DNA of 64,000 nucleotides from Candidatus Colwellbacteria bacterium. GTDB lineage: Bacteria > Patescibacteriota > Minisyncoccia > UBA6257 > Colwellbacteraceae. The notes beneath the pieces are model-generated. The model made no database searches. It was given only the letters and a program-made list of their open reading frames with translations, and was not told the origin of the DNA. Both the position numbers and the translations under genes were made by a program. The first letter of the stretch is position 1; each line of letters starts with the position of its first letter. Location: positions 459,357-523,356 of the forward strand of contig JACOWZ010000003.1 in the NCBI GenBank assembly GCA_016176525.1, read 5' to 3'. Positions 54,706-64,000 of this stretch are shown here, piece by piece.

Positions 54706-55458
54706 TTATTCCGTAACCACTCTGCTGCCTTTTTCTGTAATCAATATTGTGTGCTCAAAATGAGCGGAGGGGCTGTTGTCGGCTGTTGCGAAGCTGTCGT
54801 CCGGCAGTTGGACAATTCTGCCGGTGCTAATAGATGTCATCGGTTCTATGGCAAGCACCATTCCGGGTCTTAACTTAATGCCTGCGCCGGGCTTGCCAAA
54901 GTTGTAAATTACAGGCTCTTCGTGAATTTCTATGCCCACGCCGTGGCCCGTTAAGCCTTCTATTATGTGGAATCCTTTATTAGATATTGTGCGTTCTATT
55001 GCAAAGCCTATATCACCCAAGGTTTTGCCCGGCTTTGCGGCACGTATCGCTTCCACAAGCGCTCTTTTTGTTGTGCTTATAAGGTCTAGGTTTTTTGCCG
55101 TAACTTTGCCTATAGGCACGGTTACTGCAGCGTCTGTTATGCCACCCTGCCAATCTACACCTATGTCTATTTTTAAGACATCGCCGGATTTTAAGAAATA
55201 TTTTTTAGGCACGCCGTGCACTACAACCTCGTTTACGGATGCACAAATACTTGCTGGAAATGGAACTTTAGCTCCGTACGGCCTATAGCCTAAAAAAGCT
55301 GGCTTTGCACCCAACTCTTTTATCTGCTTATGTGCCATGTTATCCAGACTAATCAGATCTATACCTTCTTTTGCGGCATTCTTAAGACTTTTTAGTACAG
55401 CAGAGAGAATTTTGCCGGATTTTTCGATTTTCTCTATTTGTTTTTCTGTTTTTATCAT
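54706..55458 (-). CDS. map: type I methionine aminopeptidase
   Basis: pita-bread fold blocks; HGVGIEIHEEP. Confidence 0.9.
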   Translation of the reverse strand: MIKTEKQIEKIEKSGKILSAVLKSLKNAAKEGIDLISLDNMAHKQIKELGAKPAFLGYRPYGAKVPFPASICASVNEVVVHGVPKKYFLKSGDVLKIDIGVDWQGGITDAAVTVPIGKVTAKNLDLISTTKRALVEAIRAAKPGKTLGDIGFAIERTISNKGFHIIEGLTGHGVGIEIHEEPVIYNFGKPGAGIKLRPGMVLAIEPMTSISTGRIVQLPDDSFATADNSPSAHFEHTILITEKGSRVVTE

Positions 55459-55511
55459 ATTGCTTTATATAACTCACCAAACTACAGCATCGCAGACAGT
55501 TTGGTTCGTAA

Positions 55512-56180
55512 TCATGTTAAATGTTTGCATATATTTTCAAAAACTTTGCTGATTCTTTGTTCGCCGTTTACTTTAATAATATTGTATCCCCTGTCTTTTA
55601 AGTAGCCAAAAACCGGCATTGTTTCTTTGGTATAGACGCCATAGCGTTTTCTAATAATTTCCGGTTTGTCGTCTTCTCTATAGATAAAAGGTGAACCGTC
55701 GTATTTACAGTGGGTAATGTTTGCGAAATCAGGGTTATAGTCTGCACTTGGTATGTTGTGTTTATTAAGTTTGCAAACGCGCCTGTGGGTGTTTCGTTTA
55801 ACTGATTCTTCTTCACTTATATTTATAAGAACCATTTTAATATTATCGCGTCCATATAAAGCCTCTAGTTTTGGGAGTATAATTTCGGTTTCTTCAACTG
55901 TGCGCATAGACCCAGATGTTACAATCCCCTTGCTTATGGCTTTTACCTCATCAACTTTTTTATTAAACCAGCCGGCAAACATTTTGGGGCTTGTCAGTTC
56001 TCCGCGGGCTTTCCGTTTTTTTTCTTCTAGAATCTTTTTGTCGTTCGGGTCGGCTTTTGCAAAGCCTTCTTCTATAATTTTAGATGTTTCTAAGTGGGCT
56101 AGCCCCGTGAACTCGCTCAATTTTTCGGCCTGCGTACCTTTGCCGCTTCCTGGAGCACCAAATAAGATTATTACTTTCAT
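55512..56180 (-). CDS. adk: adenylate kinase (start at MKVIILFG)
   Basis: GAPGSGKGTQA P-loop; LID region with Cys/His residues. Confidence 0.85.
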   Translation of the reverse strand: MKVIILFGAPGSGKGTQAEKLSEFTGLAHLETSKIIEEGFAKADPNDKKILEEKKRKARGELTSPKMFAGWFNKKVDEVKAISKGIVTSGSMRTVEETEIILPKLEALYGRDNIKMVLINISEEESVKRNTHRRVCKLNKHNIPSADYNPDFANITHCKYDGSPFIYREDDKPEIIRKRYGVYTKETMPVFGYLKDRGYNIIKVNGEQRISKVFENICKHLT

Positions 56181-56236
56181 AGTAATAATCTTACTATATT
56201 TAAACATTTAAATGTTGCAATATTGCGTGAGCGTTG

Positions 56237-57511
56237 TTAGCGTATGCCTTCGTATTCTCTTACTGTAAGCTGTGAGTCCAGCTGTTTTGATGTTTCAAGC
56301 GCCACAGACACTACAATTAGAATTGCTGTTCCACCGAGCGTTAGTGCCGGAGTATTGGTTAAGAATTGCACTATTATAGGCAATATTGCGATTAGCCCCA
56401 GGAAAGATGCGCCGAATACAGTGATTCTGGAGATAATGTTCTTTAAAAATCCGGCAGTGGGTTCTCCAGGCCTTATACCTGGCACGAATCCTCCGCTTCT
56501 TTGCAGATTCTTAGATATTTCTCTTGGGTCAAATGTAACCGATATATAAAAATAGGTAAAAGCAAATACTAGGACAAAATATATTATTCCGTATATTAGC
56601 TGATTGTTGAATATTCTCGTAACCCAGTCTGTAACTATAGTGCCTATATTTTCGGAGAAGGCAGATATTATTTGCCCGAAGAATTGCGGAAAAAGGAGTA
56701 TTGATATTGCAAATATTATAGGGATTACGCCTGCTTGGTTGACTTTTAGCGGCAGGTAGCTAGATGCGCCGCCATATACGCGGTTGCCCCTAATTCTCTT
56801 TGCGTAAGATATAGGCACCTTGCGCTCGCCTTCGTTTACCATAACAATGCCGGCTATAACAGTAAGAGCCAACAGCACAAATGCTATGTATGTTGTAAGA
56901 AGTTCTGGAGTGTAAGATATATAAGCATTTACCATTAAGCTCGGCAAACCGCTTACGATTCCTGCAAAAATTAATAGTGATACGCCGTTGCCAAGCTTTT
57001 GCTCAGTGATTAACTCGCCAAGCCATACTAATATCATAGAACCTGCAGTTATTGTTACAACATTTACTATTGTGGCAGTTAAACCAACATCCGGCAGAAC
57101 ACCCTGCGAAGATAAGAGTTTTAAAAATCCAAAACCTTGTATTGCAGAGAGTGGAATAGTTAAGTAACGTGAAAACCTATTGAATTTAGCCCGGCCTTGC
57201 GCACCTTCTTCGTAATAAAGCGCCTTCAGCTGCGGGAAAATCATAGTCATAAGCTGCATTATAATTGTTGCCGTAATATAAGGCCCCAAACCCAACATAA
57301 CTATTGATAGATTTGCTAGTGCGCCTCCCGAGAATATATTTAAGAATCCTAAAAGCTGGTTGTTGCCAAAAAATTGTTCGAGTGCGGCAACATCTACTCC
57401 AGGTATAGGGATTGCGGCAAACAATCTAAAGATAACGAGTATTAAGGCTATAATAAAGATTCTCTGCCTTAACTCCGAAATTTTGAATATGCGAGATATT
57501 TTACCTGCCAT
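56237..57511 (-). CDS. secY: preprotein translocase subunit SecY (start at MAGKISRIF, overlapping the uL15 stop)
   Basis: 10-TM SecY profile; the ATG sits inside ATGGCAGGTAA, which also carries the rplO stop. Confidence 0.9.
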   Translation of the reverse strand: MAGKISRIFKISELRQRIFIIALILVIFRLFAAIPIPGVDVAALEQFFGNNQLLGFLNIFSGGALANLSIVMLGLGPYITATIIMQLMTMIFPQLKALYYEEGAQGRAKFNRFSRYLTIPLSAIQGFGFLKLLSSQGVLPDVGLTATIVNVVTITAGSMILVWLGELITEQKLGNGVSLLIFAGIVSGLPSLMVNAYISYTPELLTTYIAFVLLALTVIAGIVMVNEGERKVPISYAKRIRGNRVYGGASSYLPLKVNQAGVIPIIFAISILLFPQFFGQIISAFSENIGTIVTDWVTRIFNNQLIYGIIYFVLVFAFTYFYISVTFDPREISKNLQRSGGFVPGIRPGEPTAGFLKNIISRITVFGASFLGLIAILPIIVQFLTNTPALTLGGTAILIVVSVALETSKQLDSQLTVREYEGIR

Positions 57512-57734
57512 TTTTCTTTCTATTTTTCTTTCTAAATCTCGCAGCTTTGTTTCCAAATCCGCGCAGTTTTGGCAAACGCTGTGTATAGTCGCGAGAAGCA
57601 GGGCGAATTCTTCTGCCAGAGCGAGATTTTTGTCCCTTTTGGCCGCGGCCGGATGTTGTGCCGCGCTTGCCGCCTCGGGCTATTCTCTTTTTCTTTTTAT
57701 TCGGATATTTTGGTTTTATTTCGTGTAGCAACAT
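57501..57734 (-). CDS. rplO: ribosomal protein uL15, unusually short (77 aa, N-terminal extension only)
   Basis: GRGQKGQKSRSG motif; stops 80-90 aa earlier than typical uL15; in-operon position between rpsE and secY. Confidence 0.6.
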   Translation of the reverse strand: MLLHEIKPKYPNKKKKRIARGGKRGTTSGRGQKGQKSRSGRRIRPASRDYTQRLPKLRGFGNKAARFRKKNRKKNGR

Positions 57735-57744
57735 AAACTATGAA

Positions 57745-58206
57745 TTACTTTATTTTTTTAAGCGCTTCCATTGTAGCTAGCGCATTTGTTAGTTTGTTCT
57801 TAGTTCTGCTAAGGCATTTTGCAGTTATATCGTTTATCCCTAGAAGACGCAGCACAACACGCGGTGCGCCGCCGGCCATAAGGCCGTGCCCTTTAACAGC
57901 TGGTTTAATTATAACTCTAGCTGCTCCGAATTTAGATTCTACGGAGTGCGGGATAGTGCCGTCTTGTGTTTTTATTTTCGTCATATTCTTTTTTGCTGCA
58001 CGTTTGGCTTTGTCTATAGCTCCTATAACGTCGGCTCCTTTTGCAACGCCAATACCAACCGAACCTTTTTCGTCGCCTATTACAACGGTGGCTCTAAAAC
58101 TCATTCTTTTTCCGCCCTTAGTAACTCTTGTAACTCGACGCAGGTCTAGCACCTCGTTCTTAAATTCTTCTCTATTTTTAGTGAATCTTGCTCTTGGTGT
58201 TCTCAT
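57745..58206 (-). CDS. rpsE: 30S ribosomal protein uS5
   Basis: VTKGGKRMSFRATVVIGD...GVAKGADV signature. Confidence 0.9.
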   Translation of the reverse strand: MRTPRARFTKNREEFKNEVLDLRRVTRVTKGGKRMSFRATVVIGDEKGSVGIGVAKGADVIGAIDKAKRAAKKNMTKIKTQDGTIPHSVESKFGAARVIIKPAVKGHGLMAGGAPRVVLRLLGINDITAKCLSRTKNKLTNALATMEALKKIK

Positions 58207-58210
58207 TATT

Positions 58211-58555
58211 TTATATTTTTAACCCTTCTTTTCGTGCGCCTTCAGCGAGCGCCATTACTCTACCGTGGTATTTATACGCTCCTCTATCAAAACGAGCTTT
58301 TTTGATTCCAGCTTCTATCGCAGATTTTGCGAGCAATTTGCCCAAGCTTTCAGCTTGTTCTTTCTTTGTGCCTTTCTTTTTGCCTAATTGTACAGATGAA
58401 GCCGAAACTACAGTTTTATTATCCTCGTCGTTAATCAGCTGCGCATAAATGTATTTATTGCTTCTAAATACAGACAAACGTGGCGCTTCTTTAGTGCCTC
58501 TAACGCGTACTCTATTTCTTATAGCTCTTCGTTTTTTAGGTGTTAATCTTTTCAT
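58211..58555 (-). CDS. rplR: 50S ribosomal protein uL18
   Basis: operon position and RLSVFRSNKYIYAQLIDD motif. Confidence 0.9.
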   Translation of the reverse strand: MKRLTPKKRRAIRNRVRVRGTKEAPRLSVFRSNKYIYAQLINDEDNKTVVSASSVQLGKKKGTKKEQAESLGKLLAKSAIEAGIKKARFDRGAYKYHGRVMALAEGARKEGLKI

Positions 58556-58565
58556 AGTATTTTTA

Positions 58566-59120
58566 TTATTTAGCGGCGCCAGTTGCTGCTGCAGCTTTCT
58601 TGCCTTGCTTCTTGCGAACCACTTCGTTTTTATATCTGATTCCCCTGCCTTGATACGGTTCCGGTTTTTTAATTTTTCTTATCTTTGCTGTGATTTCTCC
58701 AACTAGAGATTTATCTGGGCCTATCACTTGTATAATATTTTTCTCTACCTTTACTTTAATTCCTTTAGGTATTTGAAATTTAACAGGGTGTGAAAAACCG
58801 ATGTTTAAAACCAACTTTTCTCCTTCAACGGAGGCCCTGTATCCAACGCCGACTACTGACAACTCTTTTATAAAGTCTTCTTTAGCGCCATGTACTGCGT
58901 TTGTAATTAGCGCACCCATTGTTCCCCAATTGCTCAACACTTGCTTAGAATCCCCTATAGGAGCAAGCGTTATAAAGCCATCTTTAATCTCTGGCTTTAT
59001 GCCGTGCAAAATGTTTACTGAGTTGGTTGAATTTTTACCTTTAACCTGAATAGTACTGTCTTTTATCTCAACAAGCACTCCTTCGGGTATTTTGATTGGT
59101 TTTTTTCCTATTTTAGACAT
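58566..59120 (-). CDS. rplF: 50S ribosomal protein uL6
   Basis: MSKIGKKPI..P.GV two-domain uL6. Confidence 0.9.
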   Translation of the reverse strand: MSKIGKKPIKIPEGVLVEIKDSTIQVKGKNSTNSVNILHGIKPEIKDGFITLAPIGDSKQVLSNWGTMGALITNAVHGAKEDFIKELSVVGVGYRASVEGEKLVLNIGFSHPVKFQIPKGIKVKVEKNIIQVIGPDKSLVGEITAKIRKIKKPEPYQGRGIRYKNEVVRKKQGKKAAAATGAAK

Positions 59121-59138
59121 TGTAATCTTTTAAATGTT

Positions 59139-59516
59139 TTACCAGATTTCAAACAATAATTCGCCTCCGACTTTGTTCTTTTTTGCGTCTGTCTCTGTCA
59201 TTATCCCATGTGAGGTTGAGAGCACATAATGCCCCATGCCTTTGTGTGATTTTTTAATATCTTTATATCCTATATATGTTTTCTTTGACGGTTTGCTTAA
59301 AAACTTAATTCCGGATATTGCCGGATCGCCAGCATTATATTTTAGCCTAATGTCTATTATCTTTTTTATTCCCCTGCCTTTTTTAACAGCGGACTCCAAA
59401 AAACCGGATTTTACCAGAGTTTCAACGAGCGTCATATTGAGTTTTGAATAAGGGATTTTTACTCTTTCATATTCCCTGTCTAGGCCATTTTTTATTTTTG
59501 TTAGTGTGTTTATCAT
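59139..59516 (-). CDS. rpsH: 30S ribosomal protein uS8
   Basis: DP..D.LTRIRN-like N-terminus and HG.MT C-terminus. Confidence 0.9.
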   Translation of the reverse strand: MINTLTKIKNGLDREYERVKIPYSKLNMTLVETLVKSGFLESAVKKGRGIKKIIDIRLKYNAGDPAISGIKFLSKPSKKTYIGYKDIKKSHKGMGHYVLSTSHGIMTETDAKKNKVGGELLFEIW

Positions 59517-59527
59517 GGTTTAGTTAT

Positions 59528-59713
59528 TTACCAACTCGCCTTTTTAACTCCGGGTATTTGGCCGGCGGATGCCATTTCTCTAAAACAGATTCTGCAAAGT
59601 TCAAAGTCTTGAATATATCCCCTTTTTCGGCCGCAGCGAAAACATCGCCTTACAACTCTTGTAGAGAACTTAGGTTTTTTCTGCGATCTTGCTATAACTG
59701 ATTTTTTGGCCAT
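59528..59713 (-). CDS. rpsZ: 30S ribosomal protein uS14 (zinc-binding type Z)
   Basis: 61 aa with C..C...C..C. Confidence 0.9.
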   Translation of the reverse strand: MAKKSVIARSQKKPKFSTRVVRRCFRCGRKRGYIQDFELCRICFREMASAGQIPGVKKASW

Positions 59714-59727
59714 GGGAAGATATATTA

Positions 59728-60204
59728 CTATTTTTTAAGCGGCACTGCCAAGTCTTTAATTAACTTAACCGCCTCTTCTTTATTTTTCGCTTTTACGACG
59801 AGCGTTATTTGTAGTCCAAATGGGAACTGCGCTTTTTCCGGATTTATTTCCGGAAAAACTGTATGCTCTTTCATACCTATAGAAAGATTGCCTTTTTTAT
59901 CAAAGTGTTTCGGGTCTATTCCTTTAAAGTCTCTTACTCTAGGCAGAGCAACGTTAACCAGCCTTTCTAAGAAATTAGTCATTTTTTTGCCGCGCAGGGT
60001 TACTACTGCACCTATTACATCTCCCTGCCTTGTTTTAAAATTAGCAATTGATTTTTTAGCGCCGCGTTTTGCGGGATATTGGCCTGTAAGCGCACTCAAA
60101 TCTTTTATAATTTCGGGCAGTATTTTTTCTTCAAATGCTGGCATTTGCCTCAATTTACCTACACCCACCGAAACTACTATTTTTTCTAAAGTGTTGCGTT
60201 GCAT
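59728..60204 (-). CDS. rplE: 50S ribosomal protein uL5
   Basis: operon position and conserved uL5 blocks. Confidence 0.9.
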   Translation of the reverse strand: MQRNTLEKIVVSVGVGKLRQMPAFEEKILPEIIKDLSALTGQYPAKRGAKKSIANFKTRQGDVIGAVVTLRGKKMTNFLERLVNVALPRVRDFKGIDPKHFDKKGNLSIGMKEHTVFPEINPEKAQFPFGLQITLVVKAKNKEEAVKLIKDLAVPLKK

Positions 60205-60491
60205 TTTTTACAATATCTAATCTTATTCTTATCTCCAATTTTTATGCCAATCTTTACCGGTTTATTGCACGAACCGCATATAATCTGCACATTCGATGCG
60301 GGCATTGCTTTCGGCATAGATACTATTTGCCCTTTTTCTCCTTGTTTCTTGGGCCGAACAGATTTTTTATACAAGTTTAAACCCTCTAATATAAGCTTTT
60401 CAGCTTTCATTTGAACTGATAAAACCTTGGCAGTTTTACCTTTTTCTTTGCCTGTCATAACCATTACTTTGTCTCCTTTTAGTATTCTCAT
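60186..60491 (-). CDS. rplX: 50S ribosomal protein uL24
   Basis: KGDKVMVMTGKEKGK KOW motif. Confidence 0.9.
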   Translation of the reverse strand: MRILKGDKVMVMTGKEKGKTAKVLSVQMKAEKLILEGLNLYKKSVRPKKQGEKGQIVSMPKAMPASNVQIICGSCNKPVKIGIKIGDKNKIRYCKKCNATL

Positions 60492-60495
60492 GTTT

Positions 60496-60864
60496 TTATA
60501 CTATTTCTTCTGCCATTCCAATTATTGCGTCGTAGCCAGCTTCTTTTATTTCTCTCGGTATTGGGCCGAAAATTCTGGTACTCTTTGGTTCTTTTTTCTC
60601 GTCTATTATTACTGCTGCATTTTCGTCAAAGCGCACATAGCTGCCATCGCTTCTTCTTTTTGGCGCGCGGCTGCGCACTATCACAGCTTTTACTATGTCT
60701 TTTTTCTTAATTGCTTTGCGCGGCTCTGCAGTTTGTACAGAGGCTATAATTATTTCTCCTAAACGCGCATATCTTTTACGGCTGCCGCCAGGCACTCTAA
60801 AACATCTTATTGTTTTTGCTCCGGAGTTGTCAGCAACTTTTAATATGGATCTTTCTTGTATCAT
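60496..60864 (-). CDS. rplN: 50S ribosomal protein uL14
   Basis: MIQERSILKVADNSGAK. Confidence 0.95.
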   Translation of the reverse strand: MIQERSILKVADNSGAKTIRCFRVPGGSRKRYARLGEIIIASVQTAEPRKAIKKKDIVKAVIVRSRAPKRRSDGSYVRFDENAAVIIDEKKEPKSTRIFGPIPREIKEAGYDAIIGMAEEIV

Positions 60865-60866
60865 GG

Positions 60867-61118
60867 TTATACTTTATTTACTATTTTCCATTTTTTTTCT
60901 TTGGATAGCGGCCTAGTTGCTTCTATTACAACTTTATCTCCGGTTTTATATTGATTATCAGGGTTCTCTGCTTTAAATCTTTTCGTAACCAAAATCCTTT
61001 TTTCATATTTTTTATGCATCTTAATTCTAGTTACGGCTACAACCGCGGTTTTTTGCATCTTATCCGAGACAACTACACCTTCCAGTTGCCTCTTTTGGAT
61101 TGTATTATTGTTTTCCAT
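60867..61118 (-). CDS. rpsQ: 30S ribosomal protein uS17
   Basis: GVVVSDKMQKT.VV. Confidence 0.9.
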   Translation of the reverse strand: MENNNTIQKRQLEGVVVSDKMQKTAVVAVTRIKMHKKYEKRILVTKRFKAENPDNQYKTGDKVVIEATRPLSKEKKWKIVNKV

Positions 61119-61120
61119 TG

Positions 61121-61324
61121 TTATTTTGTTGCTTCGTTACCTTTTATAAAGGTTAAAATTCTTGCTATTTTCTTTTTGGTTTCTTGAATAAGTTTTATAT
61201 TCTTAACTTTTCCGGCTACTAAGTCAAATTTTAAGGCGCGGAGCTCCTCGCGAGCTTCTTTAAGGGTTTTCTGCAACTCTGCAATATTCTTATCTTTTAA
61301 CTTTTGTATGTCTTTAGTTTTCAT
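61121..61324 (-). CDS. rpmC: 50S ribosomal protein uL29
   Basis: 67-aa helical protein in the operon position. Confidence 0.85.
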   Translation of the reverse strand: MKTKDIQKLKDKNIAELQKTLKEAREELRALKFDLVAGKVKNIKLIQETKKKIARILTFIKGNEATK

Positions 61325-61734
61325 TATTTTTTCACTAACCTCGTTTTAAACGGCATTTTGTGCCCGGCTAGCCTTAGTGCTTCTTTAGCAGCGCTCTCGG
61401 ATAGTCCGTCTACTTCGTAAATTACTCTGCCCGGTTTTACTGGGAAAACATAGTGGTCTACCATGCCTTTACCGCCGCCCATTGTTACTTCTGGCGGCCT
61501 TTTTGTAACGGGTTTATCTGGGAACACTCTAATCCACACCTTGCCTCCGCGCTTTGTAAAATTAGTTATGGTTCTTCGGCCGGCTTCTATTTGGCGCGAA
61601 TTTAACCTTGCAGCTTGAAGAGCTTGCAGGCCAAAACTGCCATAAGCAAGGCTTAATCCGCGAGTTTCTATCATGCGCTTGCGCGAGCGTCCCTTTTGCC
61701 ATTTTCTATGTTTTACTTTCTTTGGAATTAACAT
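61324..61734 (-). CDS. rplP: 50S ribosomal protein uL16
   Basis: MLIPKKVKHRK.QKGR. Confidence 0.95.
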   Translation of the reverse strand: MLIPKKVKHRKWQKGRSRKRMIETRGLSLAYGSFGLQALQAARLNSRQIEAGRRTITNFTKRGGKVWIRVFPDKPVTKRPPEVTMGGGKGMVDHYVFPVKPGRVIYEVDGLSESAAKEALRLAGHKMPFKTRLVKK

Positions 61735-61739
61735 ATTTT

Positions 61740-62381
61740 TTATTTAGTAAAAATCTCGCCTTTGTATAGCCAGACCTTAACCCCCACAGTACCATAGCTG
61801 CACACTGCAGGCGATGTGCCATAGTCAATATTTGAACGTAAAGTTGAAAGAGGCAGTTTGCCTTTTGCGAGCCATTCTGTCCTTGCAATTTCATTGCCGT
61901 CTAGTCTGCCAGATAGCATAATTTTTGCTCCCTTTACTTCTCGGTTTTGCATTATATATTCTAGATGCTTTTTTATTGTTCTTCTGTATTTCATGCGCCT
62001 TATAAGATCAGAGGCAATATTCTGCGCAACTACTGCGGCATGAACCTCTGTTCTTTTAACTTCTTCTACGTTAAGGCTTACGGCTACTTTTTGGTCTAGC
62101 ACCTGTTCAATGCTTCTAATAAGCATTTCTACTCCTTTACCGCCGCGGCCTATTATTAATCCGGGTTTGCTAGCCTTGATTAAGATTTTAAGCTTGTCGC
62201 CGGCTCGTTCTATCTCTACGCTTGCTATTCCCGCGCCTGCTGTTTTAGAGGCTATAACCTTGCGGATTCTAACATCTTCTTTAAGCCACTTTCCAATTCC
62301 GCGCTTAGGGGCAAACCATCTGGAATCCCAGTTCTTGTTTATTCCTAATCTATATAGGTTTGGATTTATTTTTCTAGCCAT
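61740..62381 (-). CDS. rpsC: 30S ribosomal protein uS3
   Basis: KH domain plus C-terminal domain; operon position. Confidence 0.9.
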   Translation of the reverse strand: MARKINPNLYRLGINKNWDSRWFAPKRGIGKWLKEDVRIRKVIASKTAGAGIASVEIERAGDKLKILIKASKPGLIIGRGGKGVEMLIRSIEQVLDQKVAVSLNVEEVKRTEVHAAVVAQNIASDLIRRMKYRRTIKKHLEYIMQNREVKGAKIMLSGRLDGNEIARTEWLAKGKLPLSTLRSNIDYGTSPAVCSYGTVGVKVWLYKGEIFTK

Positions 62382-62387
62382 TTTATT

Positions 62388-62888
62388 TTATATTGATTTT
62401 CTTCTAAACATCTTTTGGAAGAAGCCTGGCTTTTTCTGTGCTGCTTTAGCTTTTTCTTCTTGCGGTTTCTTTGCTTTCTGCTTTTCTTTTGTCGGTAGTT
62501 CTTTCTTAATTTTCTTGATTGCTTTAGGAATTATATATTTAGTGGTTATTGCCATATCTTTTTCTGCAAGGACAAGGTTTACATGGCTTAATTTTTTTTG
62601 AATCGGCGTTGCCATACCCCGAGCTCTTGGCAAATATCTTTTTAGCATTGCTCCCCCATTTACAATAATTGATTTTATAAAAAGCTTATTTTCGTCCATT
62701 TTTAGCACACGTGCGTTTGCTACTGCAGACTCTATAAGCTTTTCTAGCGGTTTTGCGGCTCGCAGCGGCGACAAGCGCACTTCTGCTAAAGCGCTTGGAA
62801 CACTCTTATTTTTTAAGGTGTTCACAAGAAAGCGCACTTTTCGCGGCGCTATAGAAAGATTTTTAAGTTGTGCTTTTGCCTCTGCCAT
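62388..62888 (-). CDS. rplV: 50S ribosomal protein uL22 with Lys-rich C-terminal extension
   Basis: uL22 core followed by a KEKQKAKKPQEEKAKAAQKK tail. Confidence 0.85.
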   Translation of the reverse strand: MAEAKAQLKNLSIAPRKVRFLVNTLKNKSVPSALAEVRLSPLRAAKPLEKLIESAVANARVLKMDENKLFIKSIIVNGGAMLKRYLPRARGMATPIQKKLSHVNLVLAEKDMAITTKYIIPKAIKKIKKELPTKEKQKAKKPQEEKAKAAQKKPGFFQKMFRRKSI

Positions 62889-62890
62889 TG

Positions 62891-63223
62891 TTATTTGCTT
62901 GGGGTTTTAGCCTCCGTTTTTGCCGCCATTTCCGCTTCTTTAGCTTTTTGTTCTAATTCTTTCTGGATTTTTCCGCCATGTCTTACGAATTTTCTGGTTG
63001 GTGAAAACTCGCCAAGTTTATGCCCAACCATCTCTTCTGTAATAGCAACGCTTATAAATTCTTTGCCGTTGTGTACGGAAAATGTAAAACCAACCATTTC
63101 TGGGGCAATTTCGGATTTCCTAGACCATGTTTTAATAGCCGTTTTTCCATCCGGTTTTTTACCTGTAATTTTTTTAATTAATCTTTGGTCAACGTATGGA
63201 CCTTTCTTTAAGCTTCTAGACAT
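62891..63223 (-). CDS. rpsS: 30S ribosomal protein uS19
   Basis: [12 protein letters not shown]. Confidence 0.95.
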   Translation of the reverse strand: MSRSLKKGPYVDQRLIKKITGKKPDGKTAIKTWSRKSEIAPEMVGFTFSVHNGKEFISVAITEEMVGHKLGEFSPTRKFVRHGGKIQKELEQKAKEAEMAAKTEAKTPSK

Positions 63224-63224
63224 A

Positions 63225-64000
63225 TTATTTCTTCTTTTTATTTATTCTTCTTGAGATTATCAGCTTATTAGACCACTTTTTTCGATTTCTAGTCTTGTGG
63301 CCTCCTGTAATTTTACCCCACATTGTTTTCGGTTTTCTTGTTCCTCTGGGTTGTCTGCCTTCTCCACCGCCGTATGGGTGGTCAACGGGGTTCATTGCTG
63401 TACCGCGCACGGTTGGCCTTATGCCCATCTGTCGCGATCTACCGGCCTTGCCTATTACAACCAAATTATTGTCAGGGTTAGAAACTTGGCCAATGGAGGC
63501 AAAATTACCCGAGAGAACTTTTCTTATTTCTCCTGATGGCATTTTAATGTGAGTGAAGCCCTGTTCGTGCGCTAAAATTTCTGCCGAACTGCCCGCACTT
63601 CTTACAATTTGGCCGCCTCTGCCAGGATTTAGTTCTATATTGTGGGCGTTGAAGCCCAAGGGAATATTTTTTAGCGGCACGCGGTTGCCAGGCTCTAATG
63701 GGGCAGAATAAGATGTTAAAACAGTGTCTCCAGCTTTTATTCCGTGCGGAGCAATCATATATCGCCTTTCGCCGTCACCAAAGACAACACGCATTATAAA
63801 ACAAGTTCTATATGGATCGTATTCTAGGGTTTCTACGCGGCCGGGAACATCCATTTTGTTTTGTTTAAAGTCGATTTTTCTGTATAGCTTTTTTACTCCG
63901 CCGCCTTGGTGGCGTGTTGTTATCCGCCCTTGGGAATTCCTACCCGAATGGGCTTTTAATTTTTGGGTTAATTTCTTTAAAGGCTTAACCCTGCTTAAAA
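63225..64000 (-). CDS. rplB: 50S ribosomal protein uL2 (5' end beyond the window; the tracked ORF begins at an internal Met)
   Basis: the frame stays open upstream of 63854 to the window edge and encodes ...[26 protein letters not shown], the conserved uL2 N-terminal region. Confidence 0.85.
   Translation of the reverse strand, partial: LSRVKPLKKLTQKLKAHSGRNSQGRITTRHQGGGVKKLYRKIDFKQNKMDVPGRVETLEYDPYRTCFIMRVVFGDGERRYMIAPHGIKAGDTVLTSYSAPLEPGNRVPLKNIPLGFNAHNIELNPGRGGQIVRSAGSSAEILAHEQGFTHIKMPSGEIRKVLSGNFASIGQVSNPDNNLVVIGKAGRSRQMGIRPTVRGTAMNPVDHPYGGGEGRQPRGTRKPKTMWGKITGGHKTRNRKKWSNKLIISRRINKKKK

Noticed and set aside
63225-63854. rplB as a 209-aa protein starting at the tracked internal Met
   Set aside because: The frame remains open to the window edge and encodes the conserved uL2 N-terminal region. 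The gene is partial, not short.

Overview
This 64 kb window looks like a chromosomal segment from a small, AT-rich genome. My guess (inference, not a database result) is a Patescibacteria/CPR-like bacterium. The cues are no uL30 gene between rpsE and rplO, a type IV pilus operon, short streamlined housekeeping proteins and a fragmented dcw cluster. The left third (1-12.9 kb, + strand) carries scpA-scpB-dacA-mraY, a 2H phosphoesterase, a D-aminoacylase-like amidohydrolase, ftsW, murG, gltX and an M23 peptidase. The middle (13-36 kb) is mosaic: rpmA/rplI/ctpA, def-fmt, and a type IV pilus operon (pilB, pilC, pseudopilins, an LVIVD-propeller minor pilin, major pilin). It also holds a sharply GC-rich two-gene secreted-protein operon (17.5-18.5 kb). 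Between two tRNA genes (27.5 kb and 34.4 kb) lies an accessory island with a PPC-domain protein, an alpha/beta hydrolase, a double-HTH protein, a moderately GC-rich pyrD-like gene, a tandem MazG-like protein, a small HicB-like/zinc-ribbon trio and an isochorismatase-like hydrolase. The right half (36-64 kb, all - strand) holds ABC-F, a DEAD-box helicase, a Cas4-like nuclease, RNase P RNA, rnhA, nrnA, pgk, tpiA, galT, mreBCD-mrdA, proS, rseP, frr, holB, a second mreB, an HTH-MurA fusion, map, adk, secY and the uL15-to-uL2 ribosomal protein cluster, which runs off the window end. The findings I rank highest: (i) a roughly 115-nt structured repeat in four copies, each abutting a stop codon, with compensatory base changes preserving two internal hairpins; (ii) a roughly 520-nt GC-rich structured non-coding locus behind a consensus sigma-70 promoter at 11.5 kb; (iii) a roughly 540-nt structured non-coding region fused to a tRNA whose anticodon arm is 2 nt too long; (iv) the foreign GC-rich secreted-protein operon; (v) an identical 30-nt in-frame cassette shared by fmt and tpiA.
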